Positions 19,285 through 28,708 of a stretch of 64,000 nucleotides of DNA are shown here, one piece after another. Origin of the DNA: Nanobdellota archaeon (GTDB lineage Archaea > Nanobdellota > Nanobdellia > Woesearchaeales > GW2011-AR4). Under the pieces are notes generated by a model. That model worked only from the letters and a program-made list of their open reading frames with translations, did not search any database and was not told where the DNA came from. Position 1 is the stretch's first letter. Every line of letters starts with the position of its first letter. The stretch lies in the NCBI GenBank assembly GCA_038046385.1, contig JBBSWH010000001.1, positions 1-64,000 of the forward strand. Direction: 5' to 3'. The translations under genes were made by a program, and so were the position numbers.

Positions 19285-20457
19285 ATGGCTAAAATAACAT
19301 ATGTTACGAGCGAGAGTGTTACAGAAGGGCATCCGGACAAGATATGCGACCAGATAAGCGATGCAATACTGGATTCATTATACGCGCAGGATCCTTATTC
19401 AAGAGTTGCTGTTGAATGCTTGACCACAACAGGCCTTGTTGTTGTTGCAGGCGAAGTAACCACAAAGGGATACGCAGACATACAGGGCATTGCAAGAAGA
19501 ACTTTAAGGGAAATTGGATATACAAATCCTCAATTTGGAATAGACTGCGAGGATGCAGGAGTGCTTGTTTCAATTCACGGACAAAGCCTTGACATAGCAC
19601 AAGGTGTTAATGAATCCGGCAATAAAGAGCAGGGAGCCGGAGACCAGGGAATGATGTACGGGTTTGCGTGCAATGAAACTCCGCAATTAATGCCTTTGCC
19701 TATAATGCTTGCGCATGGATTAACAAGAAAGCTTGCAGAGTGCAGAAAGAAAGGTGTCATTACAGATCTTGGACCTGATGGAAAATCACAAGTTAGCATA
19801 GAATACCATGACGGTGTTCCAAAAAGAGCAAGTGCAGTTGTCATAGCGCAGCAGCATCTTGAGCATATAAGCGAAGAAAAATTAAAAGAAGAGATTCTTG
19901 AAAAAGTTATAAAACCAGTATGCGGAACTTGGATGGATAAAAACACAAGCGTGCACATCAACGCAACAGGCAAGTTTGTTATTGGCGGGCCTGAAGGAGA
20001 TTCTGGAGTTACAGGAAGAAAAATAATTGTTGACACTTATGGCGGAGTTGGACGCCACGGCGGCGGAGCTTTTTCCGGAAAAGATCCAACAAAAGTTGAC
20101 AGGAGCGGAGCATACGCTGCAAGATACGTTGCAAAAAACATTGTCGCAGCCGGATTGGCAGACAGATGCGAAGTCCAGCTGTCTTATGCAATCGGAGTCG
20201 CGCAGCCAACTTCAGTAAACGTTGATACGTTCGGAACAAATAAAATTCCGGAAGAAAAAATTGTTGAGCTTGTCAAGAAACACTTCAAATTAACTCCTAG
20301 ATGGATAATCGAGCACCTTAACCTTAGGAGGCCTATCTACAGAAAATCTGCAGCCTACGGCCATTTTGGAAGGGAAGACCCTGATTTTACGTGGGAGAAG
20401 ACAGACTTTGCAGAAATCTTGAGAGCAGAAGCCGGATTAAAGGGAAAATCAAAGTAA
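19285..20457 (+). CDS. metK: S-adenosylmethionine synthetase (bacterial/eukaryotic-type MAT)
   Basis: [37 protein letters not shown]. Confidence 0.97.
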   Translation: MAKITYVTSESVTEGHPDKICDQISDAILDSLYAQDPYSRVAVECLTTTGLVVVAGEVTTKGYADIQGIARRTLREIGYTNPQFGIDCEDAGVLVSIHGQSLDIAQGVNESGNKEQGAGDQGMMYGFACNETPQLMPLPIMLAHGLTRKLAECRKKGVITDLGPDGKSQVSIEYHDGVPKRASAVVIAQQHLEHISEEKLKEEILEKVIKPVCGTWMDKNTSVHINATGKFVIGGPEGDSGVTGRKIIVDTYGGVGRHGGGAFSGKDPTKVDRSGAYAARYVAKNIVAAGLADRCEVQLSYAIGVAQPTSVNVDTFGTNKIPEEKIVELVKKHFKLTPRWIIEHLNLRRPIYRKSAAYGHFGREDPDFTWEKTDFAEILRAEAGLKGKSK

Positions 20458-20550
20458 AATAAACCAATACATTTTTATATTTCTTTTATTTTCTTTTTCT
20501 TATGAGCAGCAGTCCTAGACTTGGATTTTGGTTTCTTTAATTAGTTAAAA

Positions 20551-20610
20551 CTCTGCTATAAGCATTATTTCTTCAAAATCAAAGTTGCTGCGAAAGGCTC
20601 GAGTTCTGGA
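20551..20610 (+). promoter_or_regulatory. Conserved 60-nt leader element, candidate cis-regulatory RNA (copy 1)
   Basis: 58/60 identical to 21109-21168. Confidence 0.55.
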
Positions 20611-20646
20611 ATTTTATAAAATAAACAACAGGAGGAAGACTATAAA

Positions 20647-20985
20647 ATGAATCAATCAAATAAGGAATTGGATTTAAAAGATGCAGATGGAAAATTGAAT
20701 TTGGCATCGGCATTAAGAGTGAATCAGAGCTCTGTAAATGGGCTGTGGAAGCAAATTAGAAAATCAGATGAAACTTCAAGAATAGTAGTGCTTGAAGTAT
20801 TGGCTGCCAAGCTTGCAAGGGATTTTGAGTTTGTTAGCAACTTATCAGAACGTGAAAAGCTGGATTTTTTGGCAAGAATGTACAAAATTTCACCAAGAGC
20901 AGTAATCCCTTTGGTAGATTATAGCGGCTCAAGAGCAGACACCCAGAAGCAGGAATTAGAAGGCGGACGGTACTTCAACAGCTAA
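20647..20985 (+). CDS. Hypothetical protein, tandem paralog 1 (112 aa)
   Basis: About 52/112 identical to 21231-21569; AGGAGG SD-like motif upstream. Confidence 0.8.
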   Translation: MNQSNKELDLKDADGKLNLASALRVNQSSVNGLWKQIRKSDETSRIVVLEVLAAKLARDFEFVSNLSEREKLDFLARMYKISPRAVIPLVDYSGSRADTQKQELEGGRYFNS

Positions 20986-20992
20986 ACTTTTG

Positions 20993-21014
20993 ATAGGCGA
21001 AAGCCTATTTTTTT
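20993..21014 (+). terminator. GAAA-loop hairpin plus T-run
   Basis: ataggc GAAA gcctat tttttt; a similar copy follows paralog 2 at ~21576-21596. Confidence 0.55.
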
Positions 21015-21108
21015 ATTTTTTTAGAAACATTTTTATATCTCCTTCTTTTTCTTTTTCTTATGAGCAACAGCCACATGTTTTGGTTTGGTTATCTGTTTTG
21101 ATTAGTTG

Positions 21109-21168
21109 CTCGGCTATAAGCATTATTTCTTCAAAATCAAAGTTGCTGCGAAAGGCTTGAGTTCTGGA
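21109..21168 (+). promoter_or_regulatory. Conserved 60-nt leader element (copy 2)
   Basis: 58/60 identical to 20551-20610. Confidence 0.55.
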
Positions 21169-21230
21169 TTTAAATTTGACAAATTTTTTACTTTTATCTG
21201 ATACGAAACTAAACGACGGAGGATAATGAA

Positions 21231-21569
21231 ATGAATCAAATAAATAGGGAGTTGGATTTAAGAGATATAAATGGAAGAGATTGTTTAGCTTCGCTTTTGG
21301 GGCTTGATACATCTCCAATGGGTGGCCTGTGGAAAAAAATAAGCACAACACAGGAAACTGAAAGAGTAAACAGACTAAATGTGCTTGCTTCGCAGCTTGC
21401 AAGAGATTTTGAGGAAATGAATGGAGCACCTAAAGCAGAAAAATTGGCAATACTGGCAAGAAGATATAGAATCTCACCTCAGGTTGTACAGCCTTTGATA
21501 AACTATGACAATTCAAGAAAGCCACAGCCAATTGCTCTAGAACCAAGCGGATGGTATTTTGTAGAATGA
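21231..21569 (+). CDS. Hypothetical protein, tandem paralog 2 (112 aa)
   Basis: Paralog of 20647-20985; GGAGG SD-like motif upstream. Confidence 0.8.
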   Translation: MNQINRELDLRDINGRDCLASLLGLDTSPMGGLWKKISTTQETERVNRLNVLASQLARDFEEMNGAPKAEKLAILARRYRISPQVVQPLINYDNSRKPQPIALEPSGWYFVE

Positions 21570-21594
21570 CTTTTTAAGGGCCGAAAGCCTATTT

Positions 21595-22464
21595 TTATAA
21601 TTTTTTAAACTTATACCCAATCATCTTGTAGACTATTCTTGAGCACATGAAGTCAGGCGCATGAAGATTTTTAATCGGAGCAAGCTCAACCAAATCGCAG
21701 CCGACAACGTTCTTCTTTTCAAACACTTTCTTCAGAAATCTCATGGTTTGATAATAACTCAAGCCGCCAGGCTCCGGTGTTCCGGTTGAAGGCATTATGC
21801 TTGGGTCCAATCCATCCACATCAAAAGTTATGTACACATCATTGCTTAATCTGGAAATTGCTTCGTCAAACCATTTGTCATTGTCAACAATGTCGCGCGC
21901 CCAGAAGATTTTAAGGTTTTTTTCCTTTACATAGTCTGCTTCTTCTTCGCTTAAGCTTCGTATTCCAACTTGAACAACATTCGCAAATTCAAATGATCTT
22001 TTCATGGCGCAGGCATGGCTGTGCTTTGAATCTTCAAATTCTTCCCTTAAGTCAGCATGCGCGTCAATCTGTAATACACTTAGTTTTGGATATTTCTCGC
22101 TATAAGCCTTTACTATGCCGCTTGTTATTGAATGCTCTCCTCCGAGTGTCACAAGGAATTTGTTATCAGAAAGAATCTTTTTTGCGTGCGAATAAGCAAC
22201 ATCAGCCATTTTATTGGCATCTTCATTTGTTTTTAAGTCTTTAAGCGTGCATATTCCGCATTCATAGACCGCGCCAATTTCATCATCATATAACTCCATC
22301 TCATGCGAAGCTTCTATTATTGCAGAAGGGCCTTTCTCTGTTCCTTTTCCGTAAGAAGTTGTTTTTTCGTAAGGAAACGGAAGTATAGCTGTTTTTGATT
22401 TCCCGTAGCTTGAGTAGTTGTCTGGCAAATCTCCAAAGTTCCCGTGGCTTTTTACGTATTCCAT
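21595..22464 (-). CDS. speB: Agmatinase
   Basis: GGEHSI, DAHADLR, DVDGLDP..MPSTGTPEPGG. Confidence 0.93.
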   Translation of the reverse strand: MEYVKSHGNFGDLPDNYSSYGKSKTAILPFPYEKTTSYGKGTEKGPSAIIEASHEMELYDDEIGAVYECGICTLKDLKTNEDANKMADVAYSHAKKILSDNKFLVTLGGEHSITSGIVKAYSEKYPKLSVLQIDAHADLREEFEDSKHSHACAMKRSFEFANVVQVGIRSLSEEEADYVKEKNLKIFWARDIVDNDKWFDEAISRLSNDVYITFDVDGLDPSIMPSTGTPEPGGLSYYQTMRFLKKVFEKKNVVGCDLVELAPIKNLHAPDFMCSRIVYKMIGYKFKKL

Positions 22465-22513
22465 TTATTCTGTGAGAATGGATATGCTTATAAATATTTT
22501 CAAATTCAGCAAT

Positions 22514-23002
22514 ATGATGAAGAAAACCATTGTTAAAAAAATTGGCAAAAAGGGAAAGGGAGTATTCGCCCAAAAAGACTTCAAAAAAGGAGAACTCATT
22601 CTTGCTATCAAAGGAAAAGTTGTAAGCTCTGCAAAAGCAGATTCTATGCAGCATTACTACAGGAATCACATATGTGTTGTTGGAGATGATGAATGGGCGC
22701 TGATGGGAATTCCGGAGCGGTATATCAACCATTCATGCTCTCCAAATGTTTTTGACAAAAAAAGAAAAGTCTTTGCGATGAAAAACATCAAAAAAGGAGA
22801 AGAGCTTGCTTTTGACTATTCAATCAATGGGCCGGATGGCGAAGACTGGAAGATGAAATGCCACTGCAAAAGCAAAAACTGCAGAATTAACCTGAACGGC
22901 GAGTTTTTCAGCCTTCCGAATAAACTCCAGAAAAAATACCTGCCTTATCTTGACGAGTGGTTTAGAAAGAGATACAACGATAGAATAAAAAAATTGGGAT
23001 AA
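22514..23002 (+). CDS. SET-domain protein-lysine methyltransferase with post-SET Cys motif
   Basis: GKGVFA, RYINHSCSPN, GEELAFDY, CHCKSKNC. Confidence 0.88.
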   Translation: MMKKTIVKKIGKKGKGVFAQKDFKKGELILAIKGKVVSSAKADSMQHYYRNHICVVGDDEWALMGIPERYINHSCSPNVFDKKRKVFAMKNIKKGEELAFDYSINGPDGEDWKMKCHCKSKNCRINLNGEFFSLPNKLQKKYLPYLDEWFRKRYNDRIKKLG

Positions 23003-23011
23003 CCGCCTTCT

Positions 23012-23122
23012 AGTTTTGCCATCGTTCGCATTGAATGTTAAGATATATTGCAAAATTCTCTCTGGAACTCCGAATTTTGCTTTAGGTTTTATAGAATATA
23101 CTCACATTTTGATGGCAAAACT
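23012..23122. repeat. ~110-bp foldback between convergent genes
   Basis: agttttgccatc / gatggcaaaact terminal inverted repeat with inner gcaaaattc / gaattttgc. Confidence 0.6.
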
Positions 23123-23141
23123 CGTATTTAAGAAATCCTAA

Positions 23142-24029
23142 CTACTTCTGGAATTTGAAAAGCATTTGCTTATCGAATCCCCACTGCTTTTTCCAGTGAT
23201 CGCATGATGATAAAAAGTCAACGTACCTCACTTTCTTGGCTATTGCGTTCTGTATATCAAGAACTACCATCAGCTTGCCTATGTTTGGGATTTTCTGGTT
23301 GTTTGCAGAGCCTGTAAGGACATGATACCAATTCTTATGCTTGAATCCAACGTCAACAGCTTCCACTTTGCCGTTTACCTCAACGCTTATCATCTGAAGT
23401 GTTCTTTTCTTCTGAGCAGCCAGTATCATCTTTTTTACTCCTCTTTTAAGCCATTCCCGTTTGTAGACAGAATCATCCTCAAATTGCTTTATGTTCAGCT
23501 GAACAAGCCTCTTGAAATCACGGGTTCTGTTGTAGTATACTTTATATTTCGGAATTTTCTTCAAATCACTCCTAAAATTTTTTTGTTTTTTCTTTTCGAA
23601 CGAATTAAAATATTTTTCAAAATTGTACCCGTACTTGGCAAGGTCAATGTAGTAAGTGTACTGATCTTCTGAGAAGTTGTAGTATTTTGCCTCTTTTGGA
23701 TCAATTCCTTCTATGAGTGTTTTATCTGGGCATTCATTTAGAAGATTTCCAAGCTTGGACTTATCGTTGAAGAAAAATGCGTTTCTTTCCGGGAACCATC
23801 CTCCGAAATACGAGTAGTCATTGTCTTTTTTTGAATATGCAAGCGGTATGACGCCGACAATCTTTCTCTTGTCGCGGCCGACGATGAAATGCGGCTTTGC
23901 CTCCTGCCTGTCGTAGAAGCACGCTCTGTAGTCCCAGCTGTCAAACATATGCTGGTTCGGGGTAAAATGATTCCATAATCTTGCGCAGTCGTTTATACCG
24001 CGGTATACTTTTAGTTCCATTACATCCAC
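23142..24029 (-). CDS. GNAT-fold protein (CelD/Acetyltransf_6-like)
   Basis: IVGVIPL, NIGKLMVVLDIQNA, VDFLS..DHWKKQW. Confidence 0.7.
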   Translation of the reverse strand: MDVMELKVYRGINDCARLWNHFTPNQHMFDSWDYRACFYDRQEAKPHFIVGRDKRKIVGVIPLAYSKKDNDYSYFGGWFPERNAFFFNDKSKLGNLLNECPDKTLIEGIDPKEAKYYNFSEDQYTYYIDLAKYGYNFEKYFNSFEKKKQKNFRSDLKKIPKYKVYYNRTRDFKRLVQLNIKQFEDDSVYKREWLKRGVKKMILAAQKKRTLQMISVEVNGKVEAVDVGFKHKNWYHVLTGSANNQKIPNIGKLMVVLDIQNAIAKKVRYVDFLSSCDHWKKQWGFDKQMLFKFQK

Positions 24030-24294
24030 CCAGCATATTTGAGAACGAATTTAATTTTTTTATTTTGGCTTTTCGTGGGAAATCAAGCCTCGGTTTTAAC
24101 TGTCATTTGCGTTTTTCTTTTTGCACAATCAATTATTTGTGCTTATTCATACAAATTGGAAAGCTAATATAAAAACTTATTGGAAATTTCAATTGAAATT
24201 TCCAATCTGGCGCGGCATATTGGAAATTTTCATCAAAAATTTTATTAAAACCAAATATTTTGAACTAAAAATAAATTTTTTAATCTTTTTTGAA

Positions 24295-24906
24295 TTATCT
24301 TATTATCGGAAACACATAATCCTTGAATCCTATTGCAACTAATGCAGTGCCAAAATTTTTCTTTGGAACAAATGATCTTGTCTCAATCCTTGTGTCTCTT
24401 AATTCAAACTCTTCTGAAAATCCGTTTTCGTAAAGCTCCTTGAGGCTGCTTTTCAAACTATCTCTTGCATCCCCCTCTTCATCGTTGCCGTTGTACTCTG
24501 CAACCAATCCGCCGTACTTCTTGCCGGTTTTTCTGCTGAAAAGCCAGCCGTAGATTATGCCTGCAGTGAGCCTTGTTCCTTTCTTGCCGGATGCTACTGC
24601 CGTGATTGACTCAAGAACAGAACCATGGGTGACTTCATCATAAGATGGCTTTTCTGTCTCAATCGCTATTGCCGGCATTATTGATGAATAGACCATTATG
24701 TTATACCTTTCAATGCCCGCTTCCTTCAAGGCAAGGTGGTATGAGCCTGCGTGAACTGTTATGTCGCTTTCTCCAATGCCTGATGTCCAGAAAAATGATC
24801 TTGGAATCCTGTTTCCAACTATAATGGAAAGATTCTGCTGTTCAACAATCATAGAATCCTGCATCATGCCGGATTTTTTAATCATATTCAATCGCGAGTG
24901 AGTCAT
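24295..24906 (-). CDS. pdaD: Pyruvoyl-dependent arginine decarboxylase
   Basis: FWTSGIGES, ALKEAGIERYNIMVYSSIMP (SS autocleavage site), GGLVAEY. Confidence 0.9.
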   Translation of the reverse strand: MTHSRLNMIKKSGMMQDSMIVEQQNLSIIVGNRIPRSFFWTSGIGESDITVHAGSYHLALKEAGIERYNIMVYSSIMPAIAIETEKPSYDEVTHGSVLESITAVASGKKGTRLTAGIIYGWLFSRKTGKKYGGLVAEYNGNDEEGDARDSLKSSLKELYENGFSEEFELRDTRIETRSFVPKKNFGTALVAIGFKDYVFPIIR

Positions 24907-25224
24907 TTTTTAAGAGAGTCTTATCTATTTATTTCCAGCAATTTTCTTAGAACTTATTGTCTTTTTAAGCTGCGACAATGAACTTGTTTCCCCTGAGATA
25001 TTATGATCCATTTTTGTCTTTGTGGATGAATTATTGAATTTTTAATAGTGAAGAGGCTAGTATTTAAATCTTTTTATTTTTTGGTTTTATAGACGCTGTT
25101 TTCCAGAAAAATCTTATGTTTTTTTGCTGTTTTTTGGCTTAAATTCTTTCCAAAAAAATATTTATCGACGAGATATTATTTTTTTATATTTTTTTGAAAA
25201 AATTAATATTTTTTTAAATTTTAA

Positions 25225-25359
25225 TCAGTGATGGCTGTGATTTTCTTCTTTGGAATGTTTTTTTGCCTTTTCCAAATCTATTTCGCAGAAGTGGCAGTAA
25301 AGTTCGTCATCTGACAAAGAACGCCGGCAGTTTGGGCATATTGCAACGTCGTGGCTCAT
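25225..25359 (-). CDS. Small zinc-ribbon protein (44 aa)
   Basis: Manually translated MSHDVAICPNCRRSLSDDELYCHFCE...HSHH, directly after the DUF655 gene. Confidence 0.6.
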   Translation of the reverse strand: MSHDVAICPNCRRSLSDDELYCHFCEIDLEKAKKHSKEENHSHH

Positions 25360-25369
25360 TTTCAAAAAA

Positions 25370-25942
25370 TCATGCATCTACAAACAATTTGTGCTTCTCG
25401 TTTCCTTCAAGCTCCAGGAGTATTCTTTTTATGATTGCTTTCTCCGGATCCGGCATCAGTTTTACCCTGTTCTTAAGGTCTGCAAAGCTCTCAAAAGGCT
25501 TTTCATCCCTTGACTCTATGATTTGCCACATATGCTTTTTTCCAAGCCCGGGAAGAAGCTCCAGCTGGTGCATTCTTGTGCTTAGCGGCCTGGCGCTGTT
25601 GAAAAAATCTATGAATTTCTTTTCGTTCTTTTGGATTACATCCTTTATCACAAAATCAAGCTCTGACTTTGCGGTTGAAGATAATTTAGAGGTTCCCATC
25701 TTGCCGACTATGTGGTGGATTTTGTCTCTTTTTCCTTCTCCTATGTACACTTCTTCAAATGGCTGAAGATGAATTCCTTTTTTAGGAACAAGCTCCAGAA
25801 GCACGAAATGCTCTTTTCCCATGGCCTGGGCTATCGGTGTTTTCATGTACAGCGGCCTTTCATCATGGGAATAGCCGTTTGGCAGAAAATCCAGCACTAT
25901 TGCCGTTTCTTCTCTTGTCCTTTCCTGTTTTTCCGGTTCCAT
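25370..25942 (-). CDS. DUF655 family nucleic-acid-binding protein
   Basis: VLDFLPNG, YIGEGKRDK, RMHQLELLPGLGKK; conserved rpl21e-rpoF-DUF655 order. Confidence 0.92.
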   Translation of the reverse strand: MEPEKQERTREETAIVLDFLPNGYSHDERPLYMKTPIAQAMGKEHFVLLELVPKKGIHLQPFEEVYIGEGKRDKIHHIVGKMGTSKLSSTAKSELDFVIKDVIQKNEKKFIDFFNSARPLSTRMHQLELLPGLGKKHMWQIIESRDEKPFESFADLKNRVKLMPDPEKAIIKRILLELEGNEKHKLFVDA

Positions 25943-25997
25943 TTTGATTTAATCAGTATTAAATTTTAACATTTATAAACATTTTGAATAAAAGAAG

Positions 25998-26345
25998 CTA
26001 CTTTTTTTCCAAGAACTCATTTACCGTTTCAACAATCTTCTTCATTGAGTCGTTGCTGACGGTTATTGTGTAGCCCTGAAGTATAACCTTCAGTTCATTG
26101 ATTGTAGTTGGAGCAAGGTCGATTATCTTGTGTATATGCTGGTCCTTGAGCCTTGGAATATTCAGCTTCTGCATTTTTTCAAACAAATCGGTTTCCTTTA
26201 CATCGGCAAGAACCTGATGAAGGTATTCTTCTGTCTTGTTTGCCCTGAAGTTAAGCTCTTTATCTCTTTTTTTTATTTTTTCCAGCTCGTTTTTTAACTG
26301 GTGCATGTTAATAGGTGTTTCAGATACGATTTGCATGTCTCCCAT
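25998..26345 (-). CDS. rpoF: RNA polymerase subunit Rpo4 (F)
   Basis: ELNFRANKTEEYL, KIIDLAP....ELKVIL; synteny. Confidence 0.85.
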   Translation of the reverse strand: MGDMQIVSETPINMHQLKNELEKIKKRDKELNFRANKTEEYLHQVLADVKETDLFEKMQKLNIPRLKDQHIHKIIDLAPTTINELKVILQGYTITVSNDSMKKIVETVNEFLEKK

Positions 26346-26348
26346 TGT

Positions 26349-26639
26349 TTATACTCTCCTCAAGTGGACCGGATGCACTACAAGCATCTTTGCCTTGTTG
26401 ATATCTTTGATTGTGACTTCGTAGCATCTCCCGACCTTTCCTGCGATTATTCCTGCTTTTCCAACAAATCTTGGATGGTACATGCCTTTCTGTATTGCCG
26501 GCTCCACTCCAAGGTACACTTTATCCCCTACGCTAAAAGACTGGAAATAATTGGTCATGCTTACTTTTCCTTTTTCTCTTCTCTCTTTTTTAAACTTATA
26601 TCTAGTCTTTCTCCTCATTCCTCCTATTCTCTTTGCCAT
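26349..26639 (-). CDS. rpl21e: 50S ribosomal protein L21e
   Basis: GMRRKTR, KGMYHPRFVGKAG, HPVHL. Confidence 0.95.
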   Translation of the reverse strand: MAKRIGGMRRKTRYKFKKERREKGKVSMTNYFQSFSVGDKVYLGVEPAIQKGMYHPRFVGKAGIIAGKVGRCYEVTIKDINKAKMLVVHPVHLRRV

Positions 26640-26833
26640 TTCAGCCTTATGGAAGAATGAGTGCTATAAAAAGGTTGCGGAAAATATTGCTTATGCAGTT
26701 TATATATAATTACATAGCGAATTTTCAGGTGGTTTTTCCTTTTACTACCATGTAATAGAAAGATTTATATATCTGCTGGCTTACGACAAAATCATTAAAA
26801 TACAAAATATAATACTACAACAAAAGGTGATTA

Positions 26834-27268
26834 ATGATGGGATTTTTTGGCAAGCTTAAAGAAAAATTGGGAACAAATTCAGGCTCTGAGATGTTTGACG
26901 AGGCAGAACAGGATTATGTTGAACTCGAGAGTGAAGCAAAGTTTGATCCAAAATCAAAACTTGTGGTAAGGCCATTTGTTATTGAAGAGTTTGAGCACAT
27001 CAAGCCAATTCTTGACACATTAAGGGAAGGGCACACAATCGCTTTAATCAACATCAAACCTTTGAAAGACAAAGATTTGATTGAATTAAAAAGAGCAATC
27101 AACAAGCTGAAGAAAACATGCGATGCGCTTGAAGGAGACATTGCAGGATTCGGAGAAAACTGGATTGCAGCTGTTCCAAGCTTCGCCTATATATACAGGG
27201 GCCCAAAAGGGGCAAAGGGAGAAGCTCCAGCTAAAGCTGAGAATGTTGAAGTAGCAGAATACGAGTAA
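26834..27268 (+). CDS. sepF: Cell division protein SepF
   Basis: DYVELE, LREGHTIALINIKPL, ELKRAINKLK, GDIAG. Confidence 0.9.
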   Translation: MMGFFGKLKEKLGTNSGSEMFDEAEQDYVELESEAKFDPKSKLVVRPFVIEEFEHIKPILDTLREGHTIALINIKPLKDKDLIELKRAINKLKKTCDALEGDIAGFGENWIAAVPSFAYIYRGPKGAKGEAPAKAENVEVAEYE

Positions 27269-27320
27269 ACTTCTTTAAATTTTTATTTTTTGTTTTGATT
27301 TTAGTATAACCCCTATTTCA

Positions 27321-27374
27321 TAACGCAAATTCTTTAGAATTTGCGGAATTGTAAAAATCCCATTTTTACAATAA
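27321..27374 (+). repeat. Family B double-hairpin element (minimal form)
   Basis: taacgcaaattct..agaatttgcg ga attgtaaaaat..atttttacaat. Confidence 0.75.
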
Positions 27375-27408
27375 ACTTTATAAACCCCGTTAAAACTAAT
27401 ATACTCAG

Positions 27409-28470
27409 ATGACAAAAAAGGTGTTGAAGGAATTCAAAGTTGAATACCTTCAGGTGATGGATGAAAACGGAAGCGTAGATGAGGCATTAATGCCTGCTCT
27501 TTCTGACGATGAGATTAAGAAAATATATGAAATGATGGTTCTTGTAAGGTGGTTTGACCAGAAAGCATTCAATATGCAAAGACAGGGGAGAATTGGAACA
27601 TATATCCAGTTCAAGGGGCAGGAAGCATCGCAGATTGGAAGCGCTATGGTGCTTGAAGACGCTGATTTTATGTTTTCGATGTACAGGAGCTCTGCTGCGC
27701 TGATTGCAAGAAAGCACCCTATTGCGCAGATTCTTCAGTATTGGAGCGGCGATGAAAGGGGAATGAAAGCTGCTGACAATGTAAACAATTTTCCTATATC
27801 TATTGCAGTCGGCACTCATATGATACACTGCTCAGGCGCAGCATGGGCCGCAAAAATAAGAGGCACAAAGCAGGTTGCAATCACTTATTTTGGAGAGGGC
27901 GCCACTTCAAAAGGAGATTTTCACGAAGCATTGAACTTTGCAGGAGTTTTTCAGGCACCGGCAATATTTTTGTGCGAGAACAACCAATTTGCAATTTCCG
28001 TTCCAAGAGCGCAGCAGACGCAATCAGAGACAATTGCGCAGAAAGCAATTGCTTATGGGATTGAAGGGATTCAAGTTGACGGCATGGACATATTTGCAAT
28101 GTACAAGGCAACAAAAGAAGCTGTTGAAAAAGCAAGAGCCGGAAAAGGACCTACACTGATAGAAGCGTTCACTTACAGATTATGCGACCATTCAACATCT
28201 GATGACGCTACAAGATATAGATCCAAGGAAGAAGTTGAAATGTGGTCAAAGAAAGATCCGGTTGACAGATTGGAAAAATTCATGCGCAAGAAAGGCTTGT
28301 TGGATGATGCTTACAAGGAAAAAGTTTTGAAGCAGGCGCAGGAAACTGTTGAAAAAGCAGTCACTGAGTTTGAAAAGATAACTCCACCTGATCCACAAGA
28401 CTTATTTAAGTATGTTTATGCTGAGATGACGCCTCAGCAGATAGAAGAAATGAAAGATTTGCTTGGTTGA
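27409..28470 (+). CDS. pdhA: Pyruvate dehydrogenase E1 alpha
   Basis: QRQGRIG, GQEASQIG, GEGATS.GDFHE, ENNQFAIS, HSTSDD. Confidence 0.93.
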   Translation: MTKKVLKEFKVEYLQVMDENGSVDEALMPALSDDEIKKIYEMMVLVRWFDQKAFNMQRQGRIGTYIQFKGQEASQIGSAMVLEDADFMFSMYRSSAALIARKHPIAQILQYWSGDERGMKAADNVNNFPISIAVGTHMIHCSGAAWAAKIRGTKQVAITYFGEGATSKGDFHEALNFAGVFQAPAIFLCENNQFAISVPRAQQTQSETIAQKAIAYGIEGIQVDGMDIFAMYKATKEAVEKARAGKGPTLIEAFTYRLCDHSTSDDATRYRSKEEVEMWSKKDPVDRLEKFMRKKGLLDDAYKEKVLKQAQETVEKAVTEFEKITPPDPQDLFKYVYAEMTPQQIEEMKDLLG

Positions 28471-28485
28471 TTGAGGTGCTATAAA

Positions 28486-28689
28486 ATGGTAATTTTGGAA
28501 GCAGAAGGTCAAATTCTTGCAGGCAAACCAAGTAATTTGAGCGATATAATATGCATGGTCGATGTTAAAATCGGTGGACATAGATTTAGTGACGTTCGAA
28601 TGGTGTTAAGCATAGAAGATCCGAGAGTAGTGGGAGTTTTAATTTTTGATAAAATCAATACGAAAGCTATAGAATTAGTGATTAAATGA
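28486..28689 (+). CDS. Small hypothetical protein between pdhA and pdhB
   Basis: 67-aa ORF preceded by GAGGTG SD-like motif. Confidence 0.5.
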   Translation: MVILEAEGQILAGKPSNLSDIICMVDVKIGGHRFSDVRMVLSIEDPRVVGVLIFDKINTKAIELVIK

Positions 28690-28708
28690 TTTTAAACATT
28701 AAACAAAA

